From positions 100,720 to 164,719 of the forward strand of contig JANRIW010000027.1 in the NCBI GenBank assembly GCA_033764505.1: a DNA stretch of 64,000 bases. Direction: 5' to 3'. The notes beneath the pieces are model-generated. The model was given only the letters and a program-made list of their open reading frames with translations, ran no database searches and was not told where the DNA came from. Position 1 is the stretch's first letter; every line of letters starts with the position of its first letter. The DNA comes from Gemmatimonadales bacterium. Its GTDB lineage: Bacteria > Gemmatimonadota > Gemmatimonadetes > Gemmatimonadales > GWC2-71-9. Shown one piece after another: positions 17,376-27,337 of the stretch. The position numbers were made by a program, and so were the translations under genes.

Positions 17376-18662
17376 CTACTGCAACCCGCCCGGCAACCGT
17401 GGCGACGACAAGAGCTCGCCGAATGCACGCCAGCGTGCGGCGGGGTCGGCTCCGGCGCGCTCCACGTACGCGGCCACCAGGTCGCGTCCGAGGTTGTAGT
17501 TGATCACGTAGCTGCGATACGTCTGGATGAAGCGCAGGGTCTTGGCGGCCGCCTCCGGCGACTGCAACCACCACCGCTCCATCAGCGCCACGGCACCGGC
17601 CGAGTCCACCGCCCCGTCGAGGTAGCGGCGAGCCACCGCGTTGCGCGCGTGGTTGAGTTGCTCCATGACCTGGCGCACCTCGGCGTTCTGTCCTGCCATC
17701 GCGGGATCGAGCCCGGCGAGCGGAAAGAGCGAATCGCGCTCGAAGGCGGTGCGCGTCTCCCCCGGAAATGCCATCTCGATGCCGTAGTTGGCACTTCCCT
17801 CGGCGATGAGTGATTGCGGCGAGAACAGCGGATACACCGACATCTCGACCCACCCGCGGCCGCGCACCAGCGCCTCCTCAAGGCGGGCGTTGTACACATG
17901 GTGCCCGGGATATCCCTCGTGGCAGGCCAGGTCCACCGCGCGATCCACCGGGATCGGAAAGTCGAGATTGACCTGGATCAGCGAGTGATACTCGCCCTTG
18001 TACCAGTTGTAGGCATTCCAGGAGGTCCCCTTCACATACTCCAGGTCGAATCGCTCTTCGGCGGGGAGCGGCATGTGCTCGAGCGTGCGCGCCCGACACG
18101 CCGCGATGGCGACCTTGAACACCGTGTCCACCTTCGCGGCCGGGATCATCGCGCCATCCCGAAACTGCTGATAGCGTGCGGCGAGCGGGCCGGGCCCCGG
18201 GATAAGCATGTCGAGCCGATTCACCAGCGAGTCGAAGTGCGCATCGGGGAGCGTGGGCGGCGTCACATCGTAGAGTGCCTTCGCCTCTTCATCGAACGTG
18301 AAGCGCTTGCCGCCGAGCATCGCGGCGCGTGCCGAGAGGGCGCCCAACTGGGTGCGGAGGTATCGGTGGCGCCACTGCACGAGTGAATCGGCGTAGGCCG
18401 GCACGCTGTCGCCCAGGATGGCAAGCAGCGAGTCGGCGGTCGCGCCGATCGTGGCCACGGGCAGCGAGTCGCGATCGGCCGCCGCCTTGAGCGAGTCGGG
18501 GCCGTAGTAGGCGTCCACGTAGTTGGCGTCGTGGTGCCCGAGACGCAGCACCAGCCCGACGTAGCGGAAGGCAATGGCATCGAGCGCTGCCGGGTCCGGC
18601 GCGGTCGGCGCGCATCCCGTGGCGAGGGTGGTGCAGAGGAGCAGCGTGCGAAGGTGGCGCAT
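17376..18662 (-). CDS. DUF885-family lipoprotein (putative metallopeptidase-like)
   Basis: Start at MRHLRTLLLCTTLATGC (lipobox). Contains the HEGYPGHH motif characteristic of DUF885. Confidence 0.65.
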   Translation of the reverse strand: MRHLRTLLLCTTLATGCAPTAPDPAALDAIAFRYVGLVLRLGHHDANYVDAYYGPDSLKAAADRDSLPVATIGATADSLLAILGDSVPAYADSLVQWRHRYLRTQLGALSARAAMLGGKRFTFDEEAKALYDVTPPTLPDAHFDSLVNRLDMLIPGPGPLAARYQQFRDGAMIPAAKVDTVFKVAIAACRARTLEHMPLPAEERFDLEYVKGTSWNAYNWYKGEYHSLIQVNLDFPIPVDRAVDLACHEGYPGHHVYNARLEEALVRGRGWVEMSVYPLFSPQSLIAEGSANYGIEMAFPGETRTAFERDSLFPLAGLDPAMAGQNAEVRQVMEQLNHARNAVARRYLDGAVDSAGAVALMERWWLQSPEAAAKTLRFIQTYRSYVINYNLGRDLVAAYVERAGADPAARWRAFGELLSSPRLPGGLQ

Positions 18663-18690
18663 CAGAGCACTCCGTGGATGGAAAGAGGCT

Positions 18691-20220
18691 TCAGCTGGCG
18701 CTGGTTGCACCACGCGCCGTCAGTCGAGCGAGCACCTCGCTGCGTGCTTCGAGGCCATGCACCGGCAGCACCAGCAGATCACCGGGCTGCGCCCATGCGA
18801 GCGCCGCCTCGACGGCCTCGACTTCATCGAGCACGGTGACCAGTTGCTCGGGTGATGCACCGAGGCGAAGCAGTTCCGCGCCCAGCAGCGCCGGCACTTC
18901 TCCTTGCTCGCGCCCACGGCGATAGCCCTCGAGTTCCTTCAGCACGATGCGATCGGGACGCGCACTCCATGCCACCTCGGCCAGCGCGGCGAGGGCATCG
19001 TCCTCGCGATTCCCCGCCTGCCCGAGCAGCAGCAGGAGTCGGCGGGGGGCCAGGCCTCGTGCCACCGCCAGCAAACCCGTCAAACCGGTCGGGTTGTGGG
19101 CGTAATCCACCAGGACCTCGAAGCCCGCGAGCCGGAAGTGACTCAGCCTCCCCGCGTTGTCCTCAGGTCGGGCGCCGAAGTGCGCGACCACTTGTGCAAT
19201 GGTCCCCGCGGGAACCCCGAGTGACGAGGCGGCGAGCGCGGCGGCCAGGATGTTGGCGATGTTGTAGGTCGCAGTCCCACCGATGGTGAGGGGCATGGTT
19301 CGCAGGCCACCGAGGTCGTGGATCCCCTCGCGGTCGCGCAGCCAGAGGTGATCGCCCTCGCGCCACGCATCCGGCACGACTCCAATGTCCGCACCGCTCG
19401 CCGCAAACCATCGCACCCGCACTCCCTCGGGGAGCGGGACCGCACGCAGGGTGTCATCGTCCGCGTTCAGGACCAACACGCCGTTCGGGCCGAGCCCCTT
19501 CGCCGTCACCAGCTTGACGCGGGCGAGATCGGCGAGGTTTCGGACGCCATACTCGCCGAAGTGATCGGCCTCGACATTGGTGACCACGGCCACGTCGGCA
19601 TCGAGCACGCCGAGTCCCCGGCGGAGGATGCCACCGCGGGCCGTCTCCAGCACGGCGGCCTCAACGACCGGGTCGGACACGACGCGTTGGGCGCCGCCCG
19701 GGCCCGACCAATCGCCGTGTTCCACGGCCACACCCTCGATGAAGACGCCGTCGGTGCAATTCCAGCCGCTCCGCCAACCGTGCGCCGTGGTCATCGCGGC
19801 GATGAGGCGGGTGGTGGTGGTCTTGCCGTTGGAGCCCGTGACGAGGGCCACGTGTTGGGCCGCCGCTGCCCGGACAGCGAGTTCGCTCGAGGGAGCCCGT
19901 TGCTCGATCTCGGCGAGGACGGCCAATTGCACCATGGCCGCCGCCTCATCGTGCGGGAGGTCGCCCGGCGCGAGGCGCGGGGGGTCGGTCGGGAGTCCGA
20001 GCGCTCGACCGGCCGCCTCCCACGCCCATTCGTTCACTTCGGTGGCGGTGAGGAGGCGGTCACCGGGTGCGGTGAAGGCGAGCACCAGGTGGTCATCGTG
20101 CTGCTGGACCGCGATGGTGGGCACTGGCCACCCAAGAGAGGCAGCCAGCCTCCCGACCACTTCACGCCAGCGCGACGCCATCTCGGTCGCACGCTCCGCG
20201 TCGACGTGCCCCTCGAGCAC
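18691..20220 (-). CDS. Mur-ligase-family protein, cyanophycin synthetase M-domain-like paralogue
   Basis: 509 aa. About 130 aa of unrecognised N-terminal region, then Mur ligase P-loop TGSNGKTTTTRL and middle/C-terminal ligase domains. No ATP-grasp domain. Lies 89 nt downstream of cphA on the same strand. Confidence 0.65.
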   Translation of the reverse strand: MLEGHVDAERATEMASRWREVVGRLAASLGWPVPTIAVQQHDDHLVLAFTAPGDRLLTATEVNEWAWEAAGRALGLPTDPPRLAPGDLPHDEAAAMVQLAVLAEIEQRAPSSELAVRAAAAQHVALVTGSNGKTTTTRLIAAMTTAHGWRSGWNCTDGVFIEGVAVEHGDWSGPGGAQRVVSDPVVEAAVLETARGGILRRGLGVLDADVAVVTNVEADHFGEYGVRNLADLARVKLVTAKGLGPNGVLVLNADDDTLRAVPLPEGVRVRWFAASGADIGVVPDAWREGDHLWLRDREGIHDLGGLRTMPLTIGGTATYNIANILAAALAASSLGVPAGTIAQVVAHFGARPEDNAGRLSHFRLAGFEVLVDYAHNPTGLTGLLAVARGLAPRRLLLLLGQAGNREDDALAALAEVAWSARPDRIVLKELEGYRRGREQGEVPALLGAELLRLGASPEQLVTVLDEVEAVEAALAWAQPGDLLVLPVHGLEARSEVLARLTARGATSAS

Positions 20221-20309
20221 GACACCGGGAGCGTCGAGCCAGCGGGACGGTCCGAGAAGCCGCCGGGAGTCGCTGAACTCGGGCGCGCGAACGGCAGTGC
20301 GAGTGGCGG

Positions 20310-23099
20310 TCAGTCGTCGCTCTCACGGGCGAGGCGCACGCCCCGCTCGTCGCGAATCAATGTGGCACCGTCGAGGGCGAGCCCGGGCTCGCGGCGCGGC
20401 GTGGCGGTCACCACGGGGAACTCGCCGGTGGTCCGCTGAACGGGCTCGCTGCCATCGGCACGGAAGTTGGTGATCTGCTCCCACGACCGCTGCAGCGCAT
20501 CGGCGAAGATCAACACGAGGTCGCCGGCGCGCGCCGACCGCAGCGCATGCTCGATCGCGGCCTGCTCGTCGGGAATCTCCGCCACCCGCTCCGCCGGCAC
20601 GCCCGCCGCCACGAGCGCTCGCGCCAGCATCCGCGGCACTTCATCGCCGTCGCGACCGCGGAGACCGTCGTCGCGCCGACAGATGTAGGAATCGAAGTGT
20701 CCGGCCACGGCCTCGCCGATGGCGCGCACGTCCTCGTCGCGGCGGTCACCAGGGGCGGCCACGACGACGATGCGCCGACCCCGCACTTCGAGCCGTCGGG
20801 CAAGGTCCACCATGGCGGAGACGGCGTGGGCGTTGTGGCCGTAGTCGAGGATCACGCGGAAGGGATGGTCCGAATAGACGTTCATCCGACCCGGCGCCTG
20901 GAAGAACGAGGGGTCGAAGGTGCGGAGCCCCGTGCGAATGCTGTCGAGCTTGATCCCCATCGCGAAGGCCATCACCGCGGCGAACATCGCGTTCTGCACG
21001 TTGTGCATGGCGCGCCCTTCGAGCGTGGCGGGGATCAGGTGCGTCCAGAGCAGCGGGATGTGGGCGCCGTGATCGTAGAGGGTGATCATCTCGCCGTTGA
21101 CGCCCGCCTCGAGGGCGCAGGCGCGCCCACCGGCCCGGATGTGTTCGCGCACCAGCTCGTGCGCCGGGTTGGTGGTCACGTAGCAGAGGTGTTTCGCCTC
21201 CGTCGCGTCGGCCATGCGGAGCACCAGCGGGTCGTCGGCATTGAGCACCGCCGTGTCACGGGCCACCTCGGCGACGACCTGCTTGACCTCGGCGAGCTGC
21301 TCCAACGTGTCGATCCCCTTCAGGCCGAGGTGATCGGAACGCACATTGAGCACGGCACCGACGTCGACGTAGCGCGTCCCCATGCCGGCGCGCAGGAGGC
21401 CGCCGCGCGCCACCTCGAGCACGGCGACGTCGATGCTCGGATCGCTCAGCACCATGCGCGTGGACGCGGGGCCCGTCATGTCGCCCTCGACGGTGCGCTG
21501 CCCGTTCACGTACACGCCGTCGGTGGTCGTGAGCCCGGGCGTGAAGCCCGCCATCTGGCAGATGTGCGCCAGCATGCGGGCGGTCGTGGTCTTGCCGTTG
21601 GTGCCGGTGATGGCCGCAATCGTCACCACGCTCGGGCTGCCCTTGGGGAAGAGCATGTCGATCACCGGGCCGGCGACGTCCCGCGGCGTCCCCTCGCTCG
21701 GGGCCGAGTGCATGCGGAAGCCCGGGGCAGCGTTGACCTCGCAGATGCCGCCGCCGTGCGTCTTGTACGATTGCGTGATGTCCCTCGTGAGGAAGTCCAC
21801 GCCGCCCACGTCGAGCCCGACCGCCTTGATGGCCCGCACCGCCATCTCGACATTGTCGGGATGGATGATGTCGGTCACGTCGGTCGCCGTGCCGCCGGTG
21901 GAGAGGTTCGCCGTGGCGCAGAGATAGACCACCTGCCCTGCCTCGGGGACACTGGACTCGGTCATGCCGACGGCGGCCAGGAGTTGCAGAGCCTTGGCGT
22001 CGAGCTCGAGACGGGTCAGCACCTTCTCGTGCCCGATGCCGCGGCGCGGATCGCTGTTCACCACGGCGACCAGTTCGGCGATGGTCGAGCGACCGTCGCC
22101 CACCACGTGGCCCGGCGTGCGCCGCGTGGCGGCGACGAGGGTACCGTCCACCACCAGCAGGCGATGGTCGTCGCCGGTGACGAAGCTCTCGACGATCACC
22201 GAGCGCGACACTTCCTGGGCCAGGGCAAATGCCTGGGTGACCTGCTCGTCGGTGGTCAGGTGGATCGAGATGGCGCGGCCATGGTTGCCGTTGTACGGCT
22301 TGACCACGACGGGAAAGCCGATCCGGCGCGCGGCGCGCACCGCGTCCTCCGCGCGCTGCACCAGTTCCTGGCGCGGAACCGGCAGGCCAAGCGTGGCCAG
22401 CAGCTTGTTGGTCTCTTCCTTGTCGCTTGCCAGCTCGACGGCGATGTGCGACGTGCGCCCCGTCACCGTGGCCTGGATCCGCTGCTGGTACTTGCCATAC
22501 CCGAGCTGCACCAGCGAAAAGCTGTTGAGACGCATCCACGGGATGCCGCGCGCTTCGGCGGCGTGCACCAGCGACGCGGTGCTCGGACCCAGCGCACGGC
22601 GCTGCGCGAAGCGGATGTAGCTGTCGCGCTCGCGCGCAAAGTCCCAGTCCACCGGCACGGCATCGAGCGGGCGGCACTCCTCCGGGAGCAGTGCCGTCAA
22701 CAGGCGAAGCGCAAGTTCGCCCGCCTCGAGGCCCTCGTCGCGCTGCTCGTACTCGTACACCACGTCGTACACGCCCTCGGGCCCCGCGCCGCGGGTCTTC
22801 CCGAAGGTGACCTTGATGCCGGCGATGTTCTGGAGCTCGATGGCGACATGCTCCAGCACGTGGCCGAGCCAGGTGCCCTCGTCCTCCGTCATGCGCCGGA
22901 CGAAGCCGCCCGGCTCGCCGTAGCTGCAGCCATGCTCGTGCAGGCCCGGCAAGGCAGCCAGCAACCCGTCCACGAAGCGGGGACCGAGGCGGCTGGTGGG
23001 CCACGCCTCGAGTGCACCGAGATCGAGACGGAGCCGGATGACGGGGAAATGCGCGTAGAGCGAGGGGCCGACGTAGACCGCACGATCAAGAATCTTCAT
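20310..23099 (-). CDS. cphA: cyanophycin synthetase
   Basis: 929 aa. The N-terminus MKILDRAVYVGPSLYAHFPVIRLRLDLG is typical of CphA, followed by an ATP-grasp (G) domain and a Mur-ligase (M) domain with ITGTNGKTTTARML. Confidence 0.92.
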   Translation of the reverse strand: MKILDRAVYVGPSLYAHFPVIRLRLDLGALEAWPTSRLGPRFVDGLLAALPGLHEHGCSYGEPGGFVRRMTEDEGTWLGHVLEHVAIELQNIAGIKVTFGKTRGAGPEGVYDVVYEYEQRDEGLEAGELALRLLTALLPEECRPLDAVPVDWDFARERDSYIRFAQRRALGPSTASLVHAAEARGIPWMRLNSFSLVQLGYGKYQQRIQATVTGRTSHIAVELASDKEETNKLLATLGLPVPRQELVQRAEDAVRAARRIGFPVVVKPYNGNHGRAISIHLTTDEQVTQAFALAQEVSRSVIVESFVTGDDHRLLVVDGTLVAATRRTPGHVVGDGRSTIAELVAVVNSDPRRGIGHEKVLTRLELDAKALQLLAAVGMTESSVPEAGQVVYLCATANLSTGGTATDVTDIIHPDNVEMAVRAIKAVGLDVGGVDFLTRDITQSYKTHGGGICEVNAAPGFRMHSAPSEGTPRDVAGPVIDMLFPKGSPSVVTIAAITGTNGKTTTARMLAHICQMAGFTPGLTTTDGVYVNGQRTVEGDMTGPASTRMVLSDPSIDVAVLEVARGGLLRAGMGTRYVDVGAVLNVRSDHLGLKGIDTLEQLAEVKQVVAEVARDTAVLNADDPLVLRMADATEAKHLCYVTTNPAHELVREHIRAGGRACALEAGVNGEMITLYDHGAHIPLLWTHLIPATLEGRAMHNVQNAMFAAVMAFAMGIKLDSIRTGLRTFDPSFFQAPGRMNVYSDHPFRVILDYGHNAHAVSAMVDLARRLEVRGRRIVVVAAPGDRRDEDVRAIGEAVAGHFDSYICRRDDGLRGRDGDEVPRMLARALVAAGVPAERVAEIPDEQAAIEHALRSARAGDLVLIFADALQRSWEQITNFRADGSEPVQRTTGEFPVVTATPRREPGLALDGATLIRDERGVRLARESDD

Positions 23100-23120
23100 G
23101 TCGTCCCCTGAGGTGGATCG

Positions 23121-23963
23121 CTAGGACTTGCTGGTGGCCAGGTCGCCGGCGGAGGCTTCCCGCGTGTGCAGGTTGAACTGCGCACCGCGTGTGAGGATGT
23201 GGAGTTGCACGCCAAGCAGGGAGACGGGCTCGTTCTCCGAGACACGATCCATCGACGAAAACTTGAGGCCGCCGCAATCGAGGATGGTGACCGAGCCGCT
23301 GCCCTCGACCTCGACCGTCTCGTCGGGACCGATGAACGCCGCCGTATCTTCGTCGAGGCCGAGGCCGATGGCGAAGGGGTTGTAGGCCAGCGCACTGAGC
23401 AGGCGGCCGAGGCGGTCGCGCTGCCGGAAGTGCTGGTCGATCACCACGCGGTTGGTGAGCCCGAGGCCGGGGGCAAGCGTCACGCCGCGCGCCGTGGGCG
23501 ATGCCCCTTCCGCCCCGAAGGCGATCATGTGCTCGGAGAGGAAGGCCGCACCCGCCGAGGTACCGGCCACGTGCACGCCGCTCGCGTTGAGGGTGCGGAG
23601 CTGCCGGGACACCGAGGTGCCGCCCAGCAGCGTGGACAGCCGCAGCTGGTTGCCGCCCGTCAGGAACACACCATCGCATCGGCCGAGGTTGGCGAGGCGA
23701 CCAGGCTCTTCGCAGTCACGCCGGGTGTCGAAATCCATCACCAGCACTTCGGCCGCACCCAGCTCGTGGAAGAGCGCGTGATACCGCGGCCCGGTGTCGA
23801 GCAGCTGGGACGCGGTCGGGATGACGCCGATGCGCGCATCGCGGCCGCCGCAGAGATCCACGAAGCGCTGCAGGATGGCCACGTCGCCGACCTTGGCCTC
23901 GGCACCGCCGATCGGAATGATCCAGCCGCGGGTCTCGCCGTGGGGCACCTTCGCTGGACTCAC
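23121..23963 (-). CDS. cphB: cyanophycinase (peptidase S51)
   Basis: GTG at 23963 overlaps the iadA stop (GTGA). Motifs IIPIGGAE and nucleophile GTSAGAA. No obvious signal peptide. Confidence 0.85.
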   Translation of the reverse strand: MSPAKVPHGETRGWIIPIGGAEAKVGDVAILQRFVDLCGGRDARIGVIPTASQLLDTGPRYHALFHELGAAEVLVMDFDTRRDCEEPGRLANLGRCDGVFLTGGNQLRLSTLLGGTSVSRQLRTLNASGVHVAGTSAGAAFLSEHMIAFGAEGASPTARGVTLAPGLGLTNRVVIDQHFRQRDRLGRLLSALAYNPFAIGLGLDEDTAAFIGPDETVEVEGSGSVTILDCGGLKFSSMDRVSENEPVSLLGVQLHILTRGAQFNLHTREASAGDLATSKS

Positions 23964-25129
23964 GACCGCTCCGATTCGAAGGTACCCTTCACCTGCACCT
24001 GCCCCGCGCGCACCTGCCACCGTCCGCCGCACATCACGTCGTGAATTCCCCCATTCGAGTCGAGCACGACCAGGTCGGCGTCAGCGCCGACCGCAATATG
24101 GCCCTTGCCCGGAAGCCGCAACAGGCGGGCGGGGTTGCTGGTGAACGGCAGCAGCGCGGTCGCCAGCGGAACACCGCGTGCCACGAGTTCCGCCAGCGTG
24201 ACCGGCAGCGAGCCGGGCTCGCCCACGCCCATCGTCGCCACCCGTCCCTCGGCATCAAAGGTCGGCAGACAGCCGCCACCGTCGGAGGAGACCGAGAGGC
24301 GCTCAGGCGGCGCGCCGCTGTCGAGGTAGCGGATGACCGCCGTCGCGGCGTCCCAGGCGTCCTCGTCCTCGGCGACGGGAAAGGCGGTGACGTCCACGTG
24401 CGACCCGCCCTTGGCGAGGGCGATGGCCTCGTCGAACAGCGCGCGACGACGGTTGACATGCGTCGGCTGGAAGACCCGGGGTGGCAACTCGCTCGCGGCC
24501 AGCGCCTGACGAATCGGTTCGAGGCCGCGCGCGCCGTCGCCAACATGGAGGTGCACCACACCAGCCTTGTTGGTCATCAGGCCACCGACGTGCGCTTCGC
24601 TGCCGAGCCGCAACAACTCGTCGAGCGTCGGCTGCGATGAGCGATGGTCGCTGATCGCGGATTTGACGCCGATGATGCAATCGATCGCCGCGATGTCGCC
24701 GCGCACCGTTCCCGTGAGTGTCACCGGCGGCAGGTGATAGCCCGCCGTCCAGCACCAGGCGCCGAGCCCTTCCGCGCGCAGCCCATGCACGGCCGCGACG
24801 AGTTCGGCAGGGGAGCGCGTCGCGTCATCGGTGCCGAGCAATCCCACCACCGTCGTCACGCCATGGCGCGTGAAGCGCGACAAGCCGAGCGGCGGGACCT
24901 TGGTGCCGGGGCCCGCCTCGCCGCCGCCGCCAGTCACGTGGACGTGGCCGTCGACCAATCCGGGGATGAGGCGCCGGCCGTCGAGGTCGTGCACGGCAAC
25001 GCCGAGGCCGCTCGGCAGCGACGGCGGCTCGGTGCCGAGCCACAGCACCTGGCCGCCGCCGATGAGGAGATGGTGGTGCCCCAGCGAGGCCGGGGCATGC
25101 AGATCTGCGTTGAGGAGGAGGTGCATCAC
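23960..25129 (-). CDS. iadA: isoaspartyl (beta-aspartyl) dipeptidase
   Basis: Amidohydrolase fold with GLVDGHVHVTGGGGE. Length and context match IadA. Start is GTG 25129 or ATG 25126. Confidence 0.85.
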   Translation of the reverse strand: MMHLLLNADLHAPASLGHHHLLIGGGQVLWLGTEPPSLPSGLGVAVHDLDGRRLIPGLVDGHVHVTGGGGEAGPGTKVPPLGLSRFTRHGVTTVVGLLGTDDATRSPAELVAAVHGLRAEGLGAWCWTAGYHLPPVTLTGTVRGDIAAIDCIIGVKSAISDHRSSQPTLDELLRLGSEAHVGGLMTNKAGVVHLHVGDGARGLEPIRQALAASELPPRVFQPTHVNRRRALFDEAIALAKGGSHVDVTAFPVAEDEDAWDAATAVIRYLDSGAPPERLSVSSDGGGCLPTFDAEGRVATMGVGEPGSLPVTLAELVARGVPLATALLPFTSNPARLLRLPGKGHIAVGADADLVVLDSNGGIHDVMCGGRWQVRAGQVQVKGTFESERS

Positions 25130-25135
25130 GTGCCA

Positions 25136-25143
25136 AATCTAGT
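25136..25143 (-). promoter_or_regulatory. candidate -10 box (ACTAGATT) immediately upstream of iadA
   Basis: On the minus strand ACTAGATT is followed by tggcac and then GTGATG. No SD is visible. It sits in the 47-nt gap after metB. Confidence 0.25.
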
Positions 25144-25176
25144 CCGTGATGCCGCCTCCGCGCCCTCCCCGCCCCC

Positions 25177-26364
25177 TCAGACCGACGCCTGGGCGAGGGC
25201 GGTGGCGGCCACCCGATCGAGGGTGCCGAGGAGGTCGGCCACCAGGTCGCCCGGGTCCTCGATGCCGACGGAGAGGCGCAGCAGGGCATCGCCGATTCCC
25301 GCGGTGACTCGGGTCGCCGGATCCATCGCGGCATGGGTCATCGTGGCGGGATGGGCAATGAGGCTCTCGACGCCGCCGAGCGACTCCGCGAGCGTGAAGA
25401 GCTCCAGCCCGGTGGCGACTGCCTCGACCGCAGCCGGACCGCCTCGCACCGAGAAGGAGAGCATCGCGCCGAAGCCCTGCTGCTGGGCCGCGGCGATGGC
25501 GTGCCCCGGATGATCGGCCAGTCCGGGATAGTGGACCGTCTCCACCAACGGATGCGCCGAGAGCGCCGCGGCGACGGCATGGGCGTTCTCCTCGTGGATG
25601 CGCATCCGGGCGTGCAGCGTGCGCACCCCTCGCAGCGTGAGAAATGCGTCGAAAGGCGCGCCAGTGATCCCCAGACAGTTGGCCCACCAGGCGAGCTCTT
25701 CGGCCAGCACAGGCGTGGCGGCGACCAGCGCACCGCCCACGATGTCGCTGTGCCCGTTGAGGTACTTCGTGGTGGAGTGCACCACCAGGTCCGCGCCGAG
25801 CGCGATGGGCTGCTGCAGTGCCGGGGAGAGAAAGGTGTTGTCGGCCACCACCAGGGCGCCGGCCGCGTGGGCCGCATCCGCAACGGCGCGAATGTCGGTG
25901 ATGCGGAGCAACGGATTGCTCGGCGTCTCGATCCACACCAGCCGCGGTCGCCGTGCGAGCGCTGCGGCCACCGCATCCGGATCGGTGAGGTCCGTGAACG
26001 CCACGTCGAAGTGTCCTCGCCGTGCGAGGTGCGTGAGCAGTCGATGCGTGCCGCCATAGCAGTCGTGCGTGGCGACGATCACCTCGCCAGGCTGCACCAG
26101 CTGGACCGCGAGCGTGACGGCCGCCATGCCGGAGGCGGTGATGATGGCACCGGCTCCCCCCTCGAGTGCCGCGATGGCCTCGGCGAGCTGATCGCGCGTC
26201 GGATTGCCCGAGCGCGAATAGTCGTAGCGCCCCTTCACGCCGAACGCCGGGAAGCGATAGGTGGAGGAGAGGTGGATCGGCGGCACCACCGCGCCGTGCT
26301 GGCCATCGGTGCCGATGCCCGCGCGCACCGCACGCGTCGCCGTGGTCAGGGACTCACGCGGCAT
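25177..26364 (-). CDS. cystathionine gamma-synthase / O-acylhomoserine (thiol)-lyase family (MetB/MetZ-like)
   Basis: 395 aa. PLP-lysine motif STTKYLNGHSD and N-terminal RAVRAG..HGAVVPPI..SSTY typical of the Cys/Met PLP family. Overlaps the metX end by 11 nt. Confidence 0.8.
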   Translation of the reverse strand: MPRESLTTATRAVRAGIGTDGQHGAVVPPIHLSSTYRFPAFGVKGRYDYSRSGNPTRDQLAEAIAALEGGAGAIITASGMAAVTLAVQLVQPGEVIVATHDCYGGTHRLLTHLARRGHFDVAFTDLTDPDAVAAALARRPRLVWIETPSNPLLRITDIRAVADAAHAAGALVVADNTFLSPALQQPIALGADLVVHSTTKYLNGHSDIVGGALVAATPVLAEELAWWANCLGITGAPFDAFLTLRGVRTLHARMRIHEENAHAVAAALSAHPLVETVHYPGLADHPGHAIAAAQQQGFGAMLSFSVRGGPAAVEAVATGLELFTLAESLGGVESLIAHPATMTHAAMDPATRVTAGIGDALLRLSVGIEDPGDLVADLLGTLDRVAATALAQASV

Positions 26365-27337
26365 GGCGCGCCCTCCGCTCGAGTGCCGTGGTCAGCAGCT
26401 CGGAGACGGCCTCGACCTCCTTGAGGAAGGCATCGTGCCCGTAGCGCGATGTGATCTCGACCACGCGGCCCGGCCCCCCGAGGCGCCCGAAGAGCTCGTG
26501 CACCTGCCAGACCGGCACGAGCTGGTCGCCCTCGACCGCCAGCAGCGTGATCGGCGTGGTGATCTCGGCGGGGTCGATCCGATGCAGGTCGATCGACTCG
26601 GAGAGCGCGAGATAGCGCTCCGCTTCGCAGCGGATGGCGAAGCGCGTCCCGCCATGTTCGAGGTACTCCTCGACCGGGAAGCGATACCCGGTGGCCGTGC
26701 GCACGGGCGCCGCCGCGAAGCGCTCGGCGAACTCTTCCGCGGTGCGGTAACTGGCGATCCCGAGCGCGCGCGCCAACGCGATCGCCTCGTGCGCACGGCC
26801 ACTCTTGATGCCGAGGCGGACCACGCCGCGCTGGATGGTGCGGAGCGCGGTGGCCATCGGATGGCTCTCGTGCGCCGCCGAGAGGACCACGAGCTGGCCG
26901 ACGCGGGCGGGAAAGAGCGTGGCGAACGCGAGCGCCACCATGCCGCCGTACGAGGCGCCGATGATCGCCTCCACGGACGCGATGCCGAGTCGGTCGAGCG
27001 CCACGGTGAGTGCGTTGGCCTGATCGCGGGCATCGACCGGATGCCCGGGCACCGTGAGCCAGTCGATGCTGACGATGCGATAGCGCGCCGGATCGATCAC
27101 GCGACCAGGACCGACGATGGCTTCCCACCATCCCGGCGTGGGATCGTCGGCGTGGGCGGCCACGTGCGCCGAGGCCGAGATGCCGCCGAGGACGACGAGG
27201 ACGGGGGCGTCGGGGGCCCCTTGGACCTCGACCCGCAGGGTCGATAGCGGGACGATGCCGCCGTGGAAACCGGCGAGTGTGGGACTCTCCGCCTCGACGG
27301 TGGTGGGGGAGCGACGGAACAAGGTGGTCAAGCTCAC
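26354..27337 (-). CDS. metX: homoserine O-acyltransferase (MetX family)
   Basis: Alpha/beta hydrolase with GASYGGMVA nucleophile and a MetX-like N-terminal region. I prefer GTG 27337, which is preceded by AGAGG. The ORF track start, TTG 27370, abuts a strong hairpin. Confidence 0.75.
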   Translation of the reverse strand: MSLTTLFRRSPTTVEAESPTLAGFHGGIVPLSTLRVEVQGAPDAPVLVVLGGISASAHVAAHADDPTPGWWEAIVGPGRVIDPARYRIVSIDWLTVPGHPVDARDQANALTVALDRLGIASVEAIIGASYGGMVALAFATLFPARVGQLVVLSAAHESHPMATALRTIQRGVVRLGIKSGRAHEAIALARALGIASYRTAEEFAERFAAAPVRTATGYRFPVEEYLEHGGTRFAIRCEAERYLALSESIDLHRIDPAEITTPITLLAVEGDQLVPVWQVHELFGRLGGPGRVVEITSRYGHDAFLKEVEAVSELLTTALERRARHAA

